Source: Clostridia bacterium
GTDB taxonomy: Bacteria; Bacillota; Clostridia; Oscillospirales; UBA644
Assembly: GCA_017934975.1 (NCBI GenBank)
Contig: JAGBIM010000006.1
Span: forward strand, 2,311 to 66,310
Direction: 5' to 3'
DNA length: 64,000 nucleotides
Both the position numbers and the translations under genes were made by a program. Below the pieces are notes generated by a model. The model saw only the letters and a program-made list of their open reading frames with translations. It was not told the DNA's origin and searched no databases. This document shows, one piece after another, positions 39,501 to 48,173 of this stretch (within the stretch, counting starts at the first letter, position 1; the number at the start of each line of letters is the position of its first letter).

Positions 39501-42208
39501 GCCCACCCGGAAATCAGAAACACTTTGGGCTTTCCTTGGTAGGTGGCACCCGTGTAGGTCTGGCTTGCCTTTCCGTTTGCCGTGATCTTCAGGGAATTCG
39601 TTCCGTATTTCGCCTGCTCGGACGTTCTTTGGGCTGCCGTGAGCGTCCAGGATCCGTCCGTTTCAAAGGAAGAATCGGACAGAAGGTTTTGTTCTACGGA
39701 ACCACTCGTCTGATTGGCGGAATAGAAGGTGTTTGCGCCGCCGTAAACGGAAGAATACAGCTTGTGGCGCTTGTAATTAACCGCACTTCCCGTGGGGGCG
39801 GTGTATTCGTAAGACGAGGCGTTGAATACTTTTCCGTTGTTGTCTCGGGAGTAGGATGCGGTGGTGCGTCCGTACTGATCGTAGATATAGGACGTAAACA
39901 GGTCGTCGGCGTTGTTGTAAATATCATCTGCGCCGCCCGTGCGAACGGTGGTAAAGCCGGGCTGATATTCAAATCCGACGGTCGCACCTGCGGTATTGGA
40001 GAGATTAACCCGGCCGTAATTCTGCACCGAGGAGACGCGATCGTTCGCATAGGTCAGATTATAACGGGATGCGTCGTTGTAGATGGCAGAAAGGCGGCCG
40101 TCGGCATACTGGAATCGGGTAGTGCCGATTACCCCGGTAGAAGATCCGATCACGGAAAGATTTACGATGGCGAACAACTCTCCGGCGGAATTGTAATTGA
40201 GATTGGTTTGATAGCGCGTTCCGCTCACGGAATGATAAATCCGATACGGCGTCCCGTTGCTGTTGTAGGAAAACGCAACGGATTCAACGGAATCTTCGTA
40301 GATGCCGTATTCATCCACACCGGTAGTCAATGCGGTAATTTCGTAAATGCGTACTTTGTCCCCGCTTTGATTATAGGAATACTGTAGGCTTTGACCGGCG
40401 GGGGAACGTTCGGATTGCAGGTAATAATAATGGGAGTTTTCATCTGCGCCCGAGCGATTGAAAATTTTGACGTAATCCTCTTTGCTTGTAATTGTGGCAG
40501 AGAGATTGTAAGAATCAACGGTCAGGGTCAATCCGAGACCGTCTTCGTCATAATAGCCACCGGAACCGTCTCCCGTGAAATAGTGGGCCGTTCCATCGCC
40601 GTCCAAATAAATATATGAACCGCTTTTGTAAACGAGGTATTCGTAATTCGAGAAGGACCAGCCGTTTCCGGGCAATCCGTAGAAATACTGTTCAGGATCG
40701 TATTCTTCGGCGATATCGGTATTATAAACGGCAGAAACGGTTACGATGGAAAGGGGTTTTGTTGGGGTAAGGCAACTTACGACCGCCGTCGCCTGTCCCG
40801 TTGCATGCTTTACGAACAAAGACGCGGAGGAAAGATCGAATTCCGAATAAGTGAAATATTCTTCCAAGCCCACGGAATCGTAATAAAAAATTTGTACCTT
40901 TGGACGGTAGCTGTAATCCGCGCTTAGATCGTACACGCTCATTTCGCAAGAGCCTGCCGTGTATTGCGTCTGGCTCAAGCGAACCGACCTTACACCGGAC
41001 TCATGCCAATCCTTTGCAAGGGCCGTGACGTCGAGCTTCATGAAAGTTGAAATCGAAGACACGTCGGCCTTGCTTGCCAGGGCGGAATTCACTTCTCCGT
41101 TTACGATTTCACGGGCTCCTACCGTGACGTTAGCCTGTGGTGCCGTTTTTATGGGGAAGATCAATTCTGCTTTGCTGATCAGCGCGCGGGAAGGCACGCC
41201 AATCTCACTCAGGGGCTTAACCGTTACGTCAATGGTATCGGTTTCTCCGCTGAGGTAATAGCTGTTAACACCGGCACGCGTTCCGACAAAGGAGGCAATT
41301 CCGGCAGATCCTTGTTTTAAAATATTGGGGTCAATGACTACGGGAAATTTCGCGGACTGCACCCATTCGGAAGAAAGGGTTACGGTCAGCGTATAATTGT
41401 CGCTGTTGCCTTTTTGAGCAAGCGTATAGAAGACGTCTGTCGTTTCGGTCCCATCCGCATCGTATGCAAACGGTGCGGGCATGAACCACAAAATATCCTC
41501 CCCGTCTTTGAGCGCAATTCCTCCGTCTTCCTGCAGTTCTGCAGAGAGATTCTGCAACTTGAGATCAAAGGCAAAGGTGTAAGATTCCAGAGGTTCTTTG
41601 ATAATAATATTTTCTTTGATGCGGGTTCCGATCAGCTGATATTCAAGATCAACGTGATCCAAAACCTCAGGATAATACACGCCGGAGACAAGCTTGATCA
41701 AATGGGTCTTGTCGTTGTTGTTCCCCGGATTTACAACCGTTCCGACCGAGCTTTTTGCGGAAGAAGAAAGCCCGAAACGAACGTTGTAATCATCTTTATG
41801 TAATTCTACCAGTTTATGGGTGTTCCCGTTTTCCGCAAAACGAATCGTAACGTCGTTTTGGGAAACGTATTCGCCTTCCGACGGATTGAGCGTATTGTCG
41901 ATATCCGTCCAGGTTCCGTCCTTTTCATAGTGGACGGGCATTGCATAATCCGCAGCCAAAATCATACCATCAGGCATACGGAAATGCTTGGTTGTTTCGG
42001 TTCGCTTTGCAACGATTTCCTCCGGCTCACGCGGGAGATCGGAGAATTCGATGTTCTCATCTGCAGGGGCGACAACCTGCTGGTCCGTTTCCTGCGTCAA
42101 CGCTTCTGTCGCAAAAGACCGCAGTACGGTTTGCGGTAAAATTTGAAGACAGAACGCAAGCACAAGAAACACGGCGAAAAACTTCAGGGTTATAGAAATG
42201 TGTTTCAT
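36500..42208 (-). CDS. WapA-like secreted Rhs/YD-repeat polymorphic toxin
   Basis: Signal peptide; KRTETTKHF, IKENIII, FPVVIDP; CBM-like NLLSDSSFE; YD repeats; core ending PVCYFDLTG; variable tip. Confidence 0.9.
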   Translation of the reverse strand: MKHISITLKFFAVFLVLAFCLQILPQTVLRSFATEALTQETDQQVVAPADENIEFSDLPREPEEIVAKRTETTKHFRMPDGMILAADYAMPVHYEKDGTWTDIDNTLNPSEGEYVSQNDVTIRFAENGNTHKLVELHKDDYNVRFGLSSSAKSSVGTVVNPGNNNDKTHLIKLVSGVYYPEVLDHVDLEYQLIGTRIKENIIIKEPLESYTFAFDLKLQNLSAELQEDGGIALKDGEDILWFMPAPFAYDADGTETTDVFYTLAQKGNSDNYTLTVTLSSEWVQSAKFPVVIDPNILKQGSAGIASFVGTRAGVNSYYLSGETDTIDVTVKPLSEIGVPSRALISKAELIFPIKTAPQANVTVGAREIVNGEVNSALASKADVSSISTFMKLDVTALAKDWHESGVRSVRLSQTQYTAGSCEMSVYDLSADYSYRPKVQIFYYDSVGLEEYFTYSEFDLSSASLFVKHATGQATAVVSCLTPTKPLSIVTVSAVYNTDIAEEYDPEQYFYGLPGNGWSFSNYEYLVYKSGSYIYLDGDGTAHYFTGDGSGGYYDEDGLGLTLTVDSYNLSATITSKEDYVKIFNRSGADENSHYYYLQSERSPAGQSLQYSYNQSGDKVRIYEITALTTGVDEYGIYEDSVESVAFSYNSNGTPYRIYHSVSGTRYQTNLNYNSAGELFAIVNLSVIGSSTGVIGTTRFQYADGRLSAIYNDASRYNLTYANDRVSSVQNYGRVNLSNTAGATVGFEYQPGFTTVRTGGADDIYNNADDLFTSYIYDQYGRTTASYSRDNNGKVFNASSYEYTAPTGSAVNYKRHKLYSSVYGGANTFYSANQTSGSVEQNLLSDSSFETDGSWTLTAAQRTSEQAKYGTNSLKITANGKASQTYTGATYQGKPKVFLISGWAKADSMNTADTGAAFALRAKITYNASLSGTAPETFTRTVDIPFQWLCDEWQYVAGSFIVESKPDIEITSIESITVECVYENNVNTAYFDGVTLTAGVYQNVDYDNKGNVTATRSSVGSDRSYSYDNENRLVSASRNKADGTSESASYSYSSGFFNRNITSADLPLDLHTEYTYNGYGQVRSSEITSTAEGVTDSSAFRTEQTYTSEGFVFKTYDTTGNTSASYYYANQLISSCNANGILTNYEYNPNETLARTYIGGIETSDGVLSSNAPVTYTYNEYDALLLEKVSTTKNSFTFSRNAFGNLISLRSGNTNLVTYTYQQGYGKLASMTYANGYSEQYGYNAQNLLSAIYRNGAVTPSFVFSYDDNGNLLRNQNNLKGYYTDYSYDTLSRVTGYTHYTAANVPEMTTAVTYDAENRTSGLNYTLGSTSLSYVPTYGEADRLENWSITNRLTRALNYDYLHRLNNVSLRNAGGTELFKTTYSFRPGWNGTTGYSSDVVNAETNSALNETLSYEYDSVGRVIRVLRNGQLINKYTYDSVTGFLIREDNADAGISYTYTYDTVGNILSRRSYSFTVGDLGEEIEYTAKEWNYIGINFYGIGERSSSFYYDAMGNVTWDFDTSYTWNGRELTSYFSSDVLHYYSYNSDGIRTDKVREEYGQITETVHYVLDGSTIVSETRKDGYDTVTHQFYYYYDENGAPIGLNWNGQDYYYYKNIFGDILGIFNSAGTLVVRYSYDAWGNSISRSGSMANTLGIYNPFRYRGYYYDNETGMYYLNARYYNPYWCRFISPDPVLDASNAVGCNLFVYCNNSPVCYFDLTGEDAIWLQDKDAVGGLGHSGLLLQDENGQWLHFYWGSNRGGFSGKTGSYEFLEPYGGDLSFEGINKHYSANDPEKGYEKMIYFEGDFSGSISYIYDLQRKNFSYDLLYRNCVQVTKRALLRGNFKKYDFFYKKILKEDNALIPNLYFNHVNSEVIKLRTAEFLFYVSRAAGKRIATKLIGGLFS

Positions 42209-42368
42209 CTGGGATTCTCCTTTTCTGATTTTTTTGTATGTCAACGGCAAAGCCGCAATACCCAAAAACAAAAAAATGGTTGTATCCTGTCTTGACGATA
42301 TTTAATTGTATATGCAAAATTCGACTTGCTTCAGAATTTTCAGAACCAAAAAAGCTTTTGTTGATTAA

Positions 42369-42397
42369 AGTATAGCACAAATTTTGTCTCGTGTCAA
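42369..42397 (-). promoter_or_regulatory. sigmaA promoter upstream of the Rhs gene
   Basis: TTGACA-17 nt-TATACT with extended TG. Confidence 0.65.
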
Positions 42398-42979
42398 TAG
42401 CATATTTTCGTTTGTTTCTTATCAAAAAAAGGCCGTTTTTACAGTATTTTTTTGATATTTGTCGAATCGTGTTGAAGAATGACTTTCACAACTGCAAAAA
42501 GGCGGCATTGTCACAAAAAGTTAAGATTTTTCGAAAAATGGGTTAACGATTATCCTCAATATTTTTTATTAATAAAACACTCCAAGCCTTGTTGACTTGG
42601 AGTGTTTACGAATATTGCCGCAGAGAACGGGTTCGACGGAACATCTTTTTTCAGGAGTATGATTATATATTCCAACAATCGGGTGATGCGTTTGGTTTTG
42701 TGAATAAAGGCTAATTTTATGAGGATTTATGCAAAAGTTACTCTTTGTATAAAGTTAATTAAGATTACACCCTCTTAATTATTTTTGATATATTGCAAAC
42801 ATAAAAATACTCAACAAACTTATAGCAACATCTATAGGTACTGCTCCAACTGTTATTTTCCTTAGGTTCTTGTATAATAATGGAGAAGGAGGATACTTCT
42901 TTGGAATTTTGAGAAACCTCCTGCAGAATTGCTCCGCAGGAGGTCACTTTTACGTATAAGAAAACTGTTTCAGCGTAAC

Positions 42980-44272
42980 TTACGCCCCAGCAGGAACTGG
43001 AATTACGCGAATGTCTTCATATGTATACTCATAGGTTGTAACAGTTCCCCGAGAATCTGTTCTGTCTTCTTTTATTTTATTTCCGTATTTATCGTAGGTG
43101 ATTTCAAAAGGACCACCCTCGAATCCATGCCCGATTTCTTTTAACAAATGGCCGTTTTCGTCATAAGCATATTCTTCGATAACAGAAACCTCACCGCGCT
43201 TATTTGACGTTTTTTTTATGAGATTTCCGTTGTTATCATAGATATACGCGAGCTCCCAGCTATCAGTACTATTATGATTAGTCTCCTTTAAGATGTTACC
43301 GCAATCATCATAGACATACAATGTTACGCTACGGAATCCGTAAGAATTTGTTGTGATTTTTTTTACGAGATTACCATTGTCGTCATAGGTGTTTTCCGTG
43401 GTCGTTGTTGTAGTGGTGGAGCCTTCTCCGTAACAATTTGTTTTAACTTGCTTCAATAAATTTCCATTATTATCGTAGGTGTTCTCAGTTGTATCGACGC
43501 GTCCTTCGGAATTTGTATAATTTTCCTTTAGCAAGTTTCCGTTGCTATCATACGTGTACTCTCGAATCCCCTCATATCCGGTTCCGTCGTCTTTCATGTC
43601 AAGTTTCTTTAGCAGGTTCCCTTTCTCGTCATAAGTATATTTTGTAACGCTCGAAACTCCGGTATAACCTAAGAAATGGTCTTCTAACAATTTCCCGTAT
43701 TCGTCATAGGTATATTCTATGAGTGAAGAAAACTTATCGGATTCGATCCTATGTTCCTTTAATAGGTTTCCGTTGTTGTCGTAGGTAAACTCATTGGCAA
43801 TAACATATCCGTCGGCGCGAGTGAGGGTTTCGCTTAATAGGTTACCATGATTGTCATAAGTATTTTCGGTAGTATCAAAACCTCCTTCGTAATTTGATTC
43901 CAGTTCTTTTAACACATTCCCGTTTTGATTGTACTCACGGACATAAATCAATTCTCCGTTTTTATAGGTCTGCTTTTTTGTGTATAAAATTTTATAGCCT
44001 TCTCCACAGGAGCATTTGTATAAAAGATAACCTGCTCCGCAGGGGCCTTCATGTATCGATCCAAGCCTCTCACAACTATGAAAAACGTATTCCCTCGTCG
44101 AACACTGCGGGGGGACAATCGTTTTGACATATTTGTGAACGTGGTCGCTAATTTGTGAATCAGAATTGATGATAACATTGGAATTGCTTGACGTCTCCTC
44201 CCCACAGGCTGCAAGGCAGAATAACATACAAACAAGAATTGAAAGAGAAAAAAACTTTTTCACAAAAAACAC
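42980..44272 (-). CDS. lipoprotein with Cys/His motif and about 12 YD-like repeats
   Basis: Lipobox LAAC; repeated TYDxxGNLLKE. Confidence 0.8.
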   Translation of the reverse strand: MFFVKKFFSLSILVCMLFCLAACGEETSSNSNVIINSDSQISDHVHKYVKTIVPPQCSTREYVFHSCERLGSIHEGPCGAGYLLYKCSCGEGYKILYTKKQTYKNGELIYVREYNQNGNVLKELESNYEGGFDTTENTYDNHGNLLSETLTRADGYVIANEFTYDNNGNLLKEHRIESDKFSSLIEYTYDEYGKLLEDHFLGYTGVSSVTKYTYDEKGNLLKKLDMKDDGTGYEGIREYTYDSNGNLLKENYTNSEGRVDTTENTYDNNGNLLKQVKTNCYGEGSTTTTTTTENTYDDNGNLVKKITTNSYGFRSVTLYVYDDCGNILKETNHNSTDSWELAYIYDNNGNLIKKTSNKRGEVSVIEEYAYDENGHLLKEIGHGFEGGPFEITYDKYGNKIKEDRTDSRGTVTTYEYTYEDIRVIPVPAGA

Positions 44273-44278
44273 CCTTCC

Positions 44279-45010
44279 TTAGTCAAACATCTTAAAGATT
44301 TTGCTGACATCAAAGCCCGTCATGCTTTCGAACAAAGCGTTGTACAAAGCTTCTCCAATCAAAACGACCAAAACGATCAGGACCGTCGTCATGAGGGCAA
44401 AGCCCCAGACGGGGTCGCGGTTTTCTACCTCAATGGCCTGCAATTTCTGCCACAGAGAGGCGACGAGATAAACAAGTCCGAACAGAATAACCAGGATGAT
44501 GCCGTCCGCCCAGAACAGCCCCAACAGCATGCTGAACAGATATGCGCACGTGAGGGGGACGAGGGACGCTGCGAGCGCGTTCGACGTCTGGCAAAAGTTG
44601 GCGAAGGTTTGATGGTGAATGCAATGCAGCAGCCAATAACCCACGGCGAAAAGTACGAAGGAAATCAATCCGACCAGAAGGGACATTCCGAAGATTTCAC
44701 CAAAAGGCGGACGGACATATTTTGAAGCGAAGAGTTCTTGCATTAACACCGCAACGAAAAAGCCGTAGACAAGGATGGAAAATATCCCAAAACCCAGCCA
44801 CCCAAACCCGGTTCCCATTTGGGATGCTCCCGTTCTCGCCGGAAGTTTCCATTTTGTTTGAGGGGCGCTTTGAGAGGCGGCAACCGTTGTGACGGGCGGA
44901 ATAAAGACCCCCGTGCCGCCTTCGCTGGTTGCGGATTCCACAGGTTTCCCGCAATGGAGGCAAAATTTCGATTCAGTGCTGATTTCTTTCCCACATTTCA
45001 TACAGAACAT
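44279..45010 (-). CDS. zinc-ribbon membrane protein
   Basis: MFCMKCG...FCLHCG followed by about five transmembrane helices. Confidence 0.82.
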   Translation of the reverse strand: MFCMKCGKEISTESKFCLHCGKPVESATSEGGTGVFIPPVTTVAASQSAPQTKWKLPARTGASQMGTGFGWLGFGIFSILVYGFFVAVLMQELFASKYVRPPFGEIFGMSLLVGLISFVLFAVGYWLLHCIHHQTFANFCQTSNALAASLVPLTCAYLFSMLLGLFWADGIILVILFGLVYLVASLWQKLQAIEVENRDPVWGFALMTTVLIVLVVLIGEALYNALFESMTGFDVSKIFKMFD

Positions 45011-45035
45011 AACAGTTTCTCCTCTCGGTTTTTGA

Positions 45036-46292
45036 TTATTGATAATATTGTTTTATAATGTAATCCGGGAGCTCGGTAGACATATACCAATCTCCGTCAA
45101 TTTTACGCAGACAGACCGCCCACGGGCCTCCCTCGTCTATATCGAACAGGGAGGTGGAGATTTCGCAATTGGTTTTCACTACGGCGTAATCGTCCCCGTA
45201 ATAGACGCATTCTCCGATATCCAGATCAAATTCAAAGCCTGCCAGATCCTTCACGAAGCCCACGGCGTCGGCAAAGGGAATTCGCAATCCGATCTTGGAA
45301 AGAAGCCCGTCCCAATCCTCTTCGTTCTTGTCAAGCTGTACCACGATTTCGGGATCGATGCAGCTCATCAGGTCGTCGTAATCCCAATCGTCAATGGAAT
45401 CTTCGAATTTTTGTACCACTTGAACGGGGTCTGGGGTAATAATGCCGAGAAAATCGATGGGGTATAACAGTTCCGGTTCAACGGCCGCAATTGCTCCCGT
45501 TGCGACTACCCCTGCGCCGATGATCCCCGCAATTACTTTTCCTGCGACACCGAGCCCCCCTGCGGTTGCCCCGACTTTCCCTGCCGTAACGGCGGCGGTT
45601 GTTGCGGTCCCCGCTGCCGTGGCTGCCGAGGTTGCGCTGGAAACTCCTTGAACAACGGCGGAAACCGCTTCTGCCGTCGGTTGCGCCGCAGAGGAGCTTT
45701 GGATCCACCGCAACAATCCGAGAATGGCGATGGGGCCGAGGCTATGCAGGCGGATGTTGTTTTTCTTTTCGTAGTCCGATACGAGCTCTTCCATCTTTTT
45801 TCGCCCGTACCGTACCCGACTTTTCACCGTACTTTCCGGAATCCCGAGAGCGCCCGCCGCATCGGCCGAGGTCATTTCCGCACCGTCCACCATGAGCAGA
45901 CAGATTCTTTGCTCTTCGGGCAGTTGTTCCATCAAGGTTTGTACAATTCTGGCCGTTTCTTCCCGATCGGCCACCGCCTCGGGGGAAAAGATTGTGGCGG
46001 TGTCCTCAAACTCAAGGGGGGTGTCTTCTTCGGGCGCTTCCAAATCGGTAAACAGCGTGGGCTGTTTCTTTTTAAAAAGGTCTTTGCAGCGGTTTGAAAC
46101 GATCTGCTTCATCCACACGTCGAACTTGGAAGGATCCTGGATCCGTTCCAGATTCAAAAACGCGGAAATATAGGCTTCCTGCACCAAATCTTCCGCGTCC
46201 TGTGCGTTTCGCAACAGGCGGAAGGCAAGGGCGTAAGTTTTGGCGTAGGTTTCGGTAAACAGTTGCTCCGTTGCCTTTGCGTTTCCGTTCAT
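45036..46292 (-). CDS. ECF sigma factor fused to a transmembrane helix and an extracellular domain
   Basis: DAEDLVQEAY (region 2), LPEEQR...GIPESTVKSR (region 4), Ala/Gly-rich linker and transmembrane helix; start uncertain. Confidence 0.85.
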   Translation of the reverse strand: MNGNAKATEQLFTETYAKTYALAFRLLRNAQDAEDLVQEAYISAFLNLERIQDPSKFDVWMKQIVSNRCKDLFKKKQPTLFTDLEAPEEDTPLEFEDTATIFSPEAVADREETARIVQTLMEQLPEEQRICLLMVDGAEMTSADAAGALGIPESTVKSRVRYGRKKMEELVSDYEKKNNIRLHSLGPIAILGLLRWIQSSSAAQPTAEAVSAVVQGVSSATSAATAAGTATTAAVTAGKVGATAGGLGVAGKVIAGIIGAGVVATGAIAAVEPELLYPIDFLGIITPDPVQVVQKFEDSIDDWDYDDLMSCIDPEIVVQLDKNEEDWDGLLSKIGLRIPFADAVGFVKDLAGFEFDLDIGECVYYGDDYAVVKTNCEISTSLFDIDEGGPWAVCLRKIDGDWYMSTELPDYIIKQYYQ

Positions 46293-46628
46293 CGCCTGCT
46301 GAACAAGCTTTGATCCATCATGCGTTATCGCCTCCGAAGGAAAAAATATCGTTTGGGAAAAGACGCCCTGGGAAGACCTCCCTTGATGTTTCTCCACAGG
46401 ACGTTCGCCCGCTGTTTGGACAAAACCGAACCGGAAACGAAGTCCCGGATTAACTTTGAAATCCGACGGTAATCTTCCATTTCTGCCGCCTCCTTTCGCG
46501 TCTTTCACAGGTAAGACGACGACGGCGGGCAAAAAGATTTAATTTTTTTGAGAGTTCACATTTTGTTTACAATTTCAATAAAAGGCAGAGGGATAACAAG
46601 CGATAGTCGCCTATTATCCCACGAATTA

Positions 46629-47345
46629 TTAATCCAAAAGGTCCGACCAGACCAAAAATTTGACGTCACCTTGAATGGAGCACAGCATTTCATATTGCAT
46701 CTGCTGATTTTTCAGAATTTGTTTTTGCCCTTCTTCCATTGCCCAGCGGTATTTTTGCTCGTCAAACATTTTCAAGGCTTCTCGCATGGTATCTACCCGA
46801 TCGGTCTCAAAGAGTCTTGCAATGTATTCGGTGGCCAGCGGATAACAATATTCAAAGGGGAGGATCGAAAGAATCTCTGCATTATCCGACAAAATATTAA
46901 CACCTTCCTGATGCACAGATTCTCCCTCTTTTTGCAAGGCCGTTCCCTTCCGCCTGGGCAAAAAGATAAAAAGAATGTAAATCAAGGTAAAAGGAATGAT
47001 CGCGTAAAGTGCAAAGATTCCAGCGTTAAGAGCAATTAAGATAGGGCGAAACCCAAAAACAAGGATTGGGACAAGAAGGATAATTCCCAAGGTCAAAAAG
47101 AGCAACCTGTAGAATCGAGTTTTGAGTGGTGCGAGCCGTTCTTCTGCTTCAGAACACAACTCATTTCCTTTTTGAATCCGCTCGTAGGCCTGTACGCAAA
47201 TGTCATGCGCATGGTGCAGGCGCTCAACCGCCATTCTTCTTTTTTCCGGACTCAACGCAATGGTTTTTACTTCTGCGGACGCCCCACAAAACCCGCAGAA
47301 CCGCTGTCCTTCCGGAATTTCTTTACCGCATTTTTCACAAGTCAT
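46629..47345 (-). CDS. zinc-ribbon membrane protein
   Basis: MTCEKCG...FCGFCG, two transmembrane helices, GGAGG RBS. Confidence 0.8.
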   Translation of the reverse strand: MTCEKCGKEIPEGQRFCGFCGASAEVKTIALSPEKRRMAVERLHHAHDICVQAYERIQKGNELCSEAEERLAPLKTRFYRLLFLTLGIILLVPILVFGFRPILIALNAGIFALYAIIPFTLIYILFIFLPRRKGTALQKEGESVHQEGVNILSDNAEILSILPFEYCYPLATEYIARLFETDRVDTMREALKMFDEQKYRWAMEEGQKQILKNQQMQYEMLCSIQGDVKFLVWSDLLD

Positions 47346-47514
47346 AGCTGTAAATCCTCCCCTTTGTATGAATAAGTTTATAGTAAGATAAAAATAAAGA
47401 ACTGATTTTCTGTACACCGCTTTTGGCGTGTTCACTTATAAGACGATCCGGAACGAAAAAAAGATTTAAACAATTTTTAATTTCACATTTTCTTAACAAG
47501 TCATTTTTGAATAT

Positions 47515-47668
47515 AAAAAAAGGTGTGCCTCAACAAGAGACACACCTAAAAAGAGCTTCCCTCATTGCTGCTAGACAATCCTTACCCTTAGAGAGCAACG
47601 GAAAAGAGAGAAAGCACCTTTTCTCAAGGTGATTTCTCTAAGGGCAAATTATAAGATTGTCTAGCAAC
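47515..47668 (-). ncRNA. candidate ~150-nt structured RNA
   Basis: Perfect TTGACA-17-TATAAT at 47700-47672, long nested stem, intrinsic terminator at 47547-47515. Confidence 0.6.
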
Positions 47669-47775
47669 CATATTATAATACAAATGTCGAAATCTGTCAA
47701 CAAGAGGCAATAAAAATAGTACATCAAAAAAAGAGTGAATCAAAGCACCGGTAAAAATGTAAAAAGTACGTTTGG

Positions 47776-47795
47776 ATTTGTCAAAACATTTGTCA
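47776..47795 (+). repeat. putative integrase arm-type site (right)
   Basis: Identical to 28378-28397. Confidence 0.65.
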
Positions 47796-47853
47796 AGAGC
47801 TTTTTTAAAGCATAAAAACCTTGGGAAATCTGGATTTTTTAGAGAGTCTGTGT

Positions 47854-47904
47854 GCGGTCTCCAAAACCGCGTGTCCTGGGTTCGATCCCTAGTGCCCCTG
47901 CCAA
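47854..47904 (+). repeat. attR: duplicated 3' part of tRNA-Trp
   Basis: 51 bp identical to 28183-28233; lacks the 5' acceptor strand and D arm. Confidence 0.93.
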
Positions 47905-47945
47905 CAAAAAACGCACTTTTGTCGATAGACAAAGGTGCGTTTTTT
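47905..47945 (+). terminator. terminator after attR (likely the original tRNA terminator)
   Basis: AAAAAACGCAC...GTGCGTTTTTT. Confidence 0.7.
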
Positions 47946-47947
47946 GC

Positions 47948-48116
47948 ATGATGTTTGCCTTCGGCAAATGATGACGGTTTCGCCGAATGATGCTCGCTTT
48001 GCGAATGATGTGTGCCTTGAGGCACGTTAGGCAAACATCGCATCATTGCGACCAACGGGAGCAACATCATTTTGAGCGAAGCGAAAAACATCATATCGCC
48101 GCAGGCGATGCATCAT
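47948..48116. repeat. ATGATG/CATCAT nested multi-hairpin element
   Basis: Four ATGATG then four CATCAT, separated by short, mostly hairpin-forming spacers. Confidence 0.8.
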
Positions 48117-48145
48117 TTGACAAACAACTGATTTTGTAGTATAAT
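48117..48145 (+). promoter_or_regulatory. sigmaA promoter
   Basis: TTGACA-17 nt-TATAAT. Confidence 0.75.
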
Positions 48146-48173
48146 AGCGGTGAAAGGAGGCGTCTGCCTTATA

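Larger units (their letters stand above)
28183..47904. mobile_element. genomic island integrated at tRNA-Trp, no integrase visible
   Basis: Identical 51-bp direct repeats at 28183-28233 and 47854-47904; visibly AT-richer; TA, ArdA-like and Rhs cargo. Confidence 0.9.

Noticed and set aside
42575-42640. Decayed tRNA 3'-end or secondary att site (GTCGAACCCGTTCTCTGCGGCA on the minus strand, then a hairpin)
   Set aside because: Resemblance is short, there is no CCA end, and no matching partner exists in the window
47854-47904. Second tRNA-Trp gene
   Set aside because: Only the 3' 50 nt of the tRNA are present; this is the att duplication
28183-47904. Prophage or complete ICE
   Set aside because: No structural, terminase, T4SS, relaxase or integrase genes are recognisable
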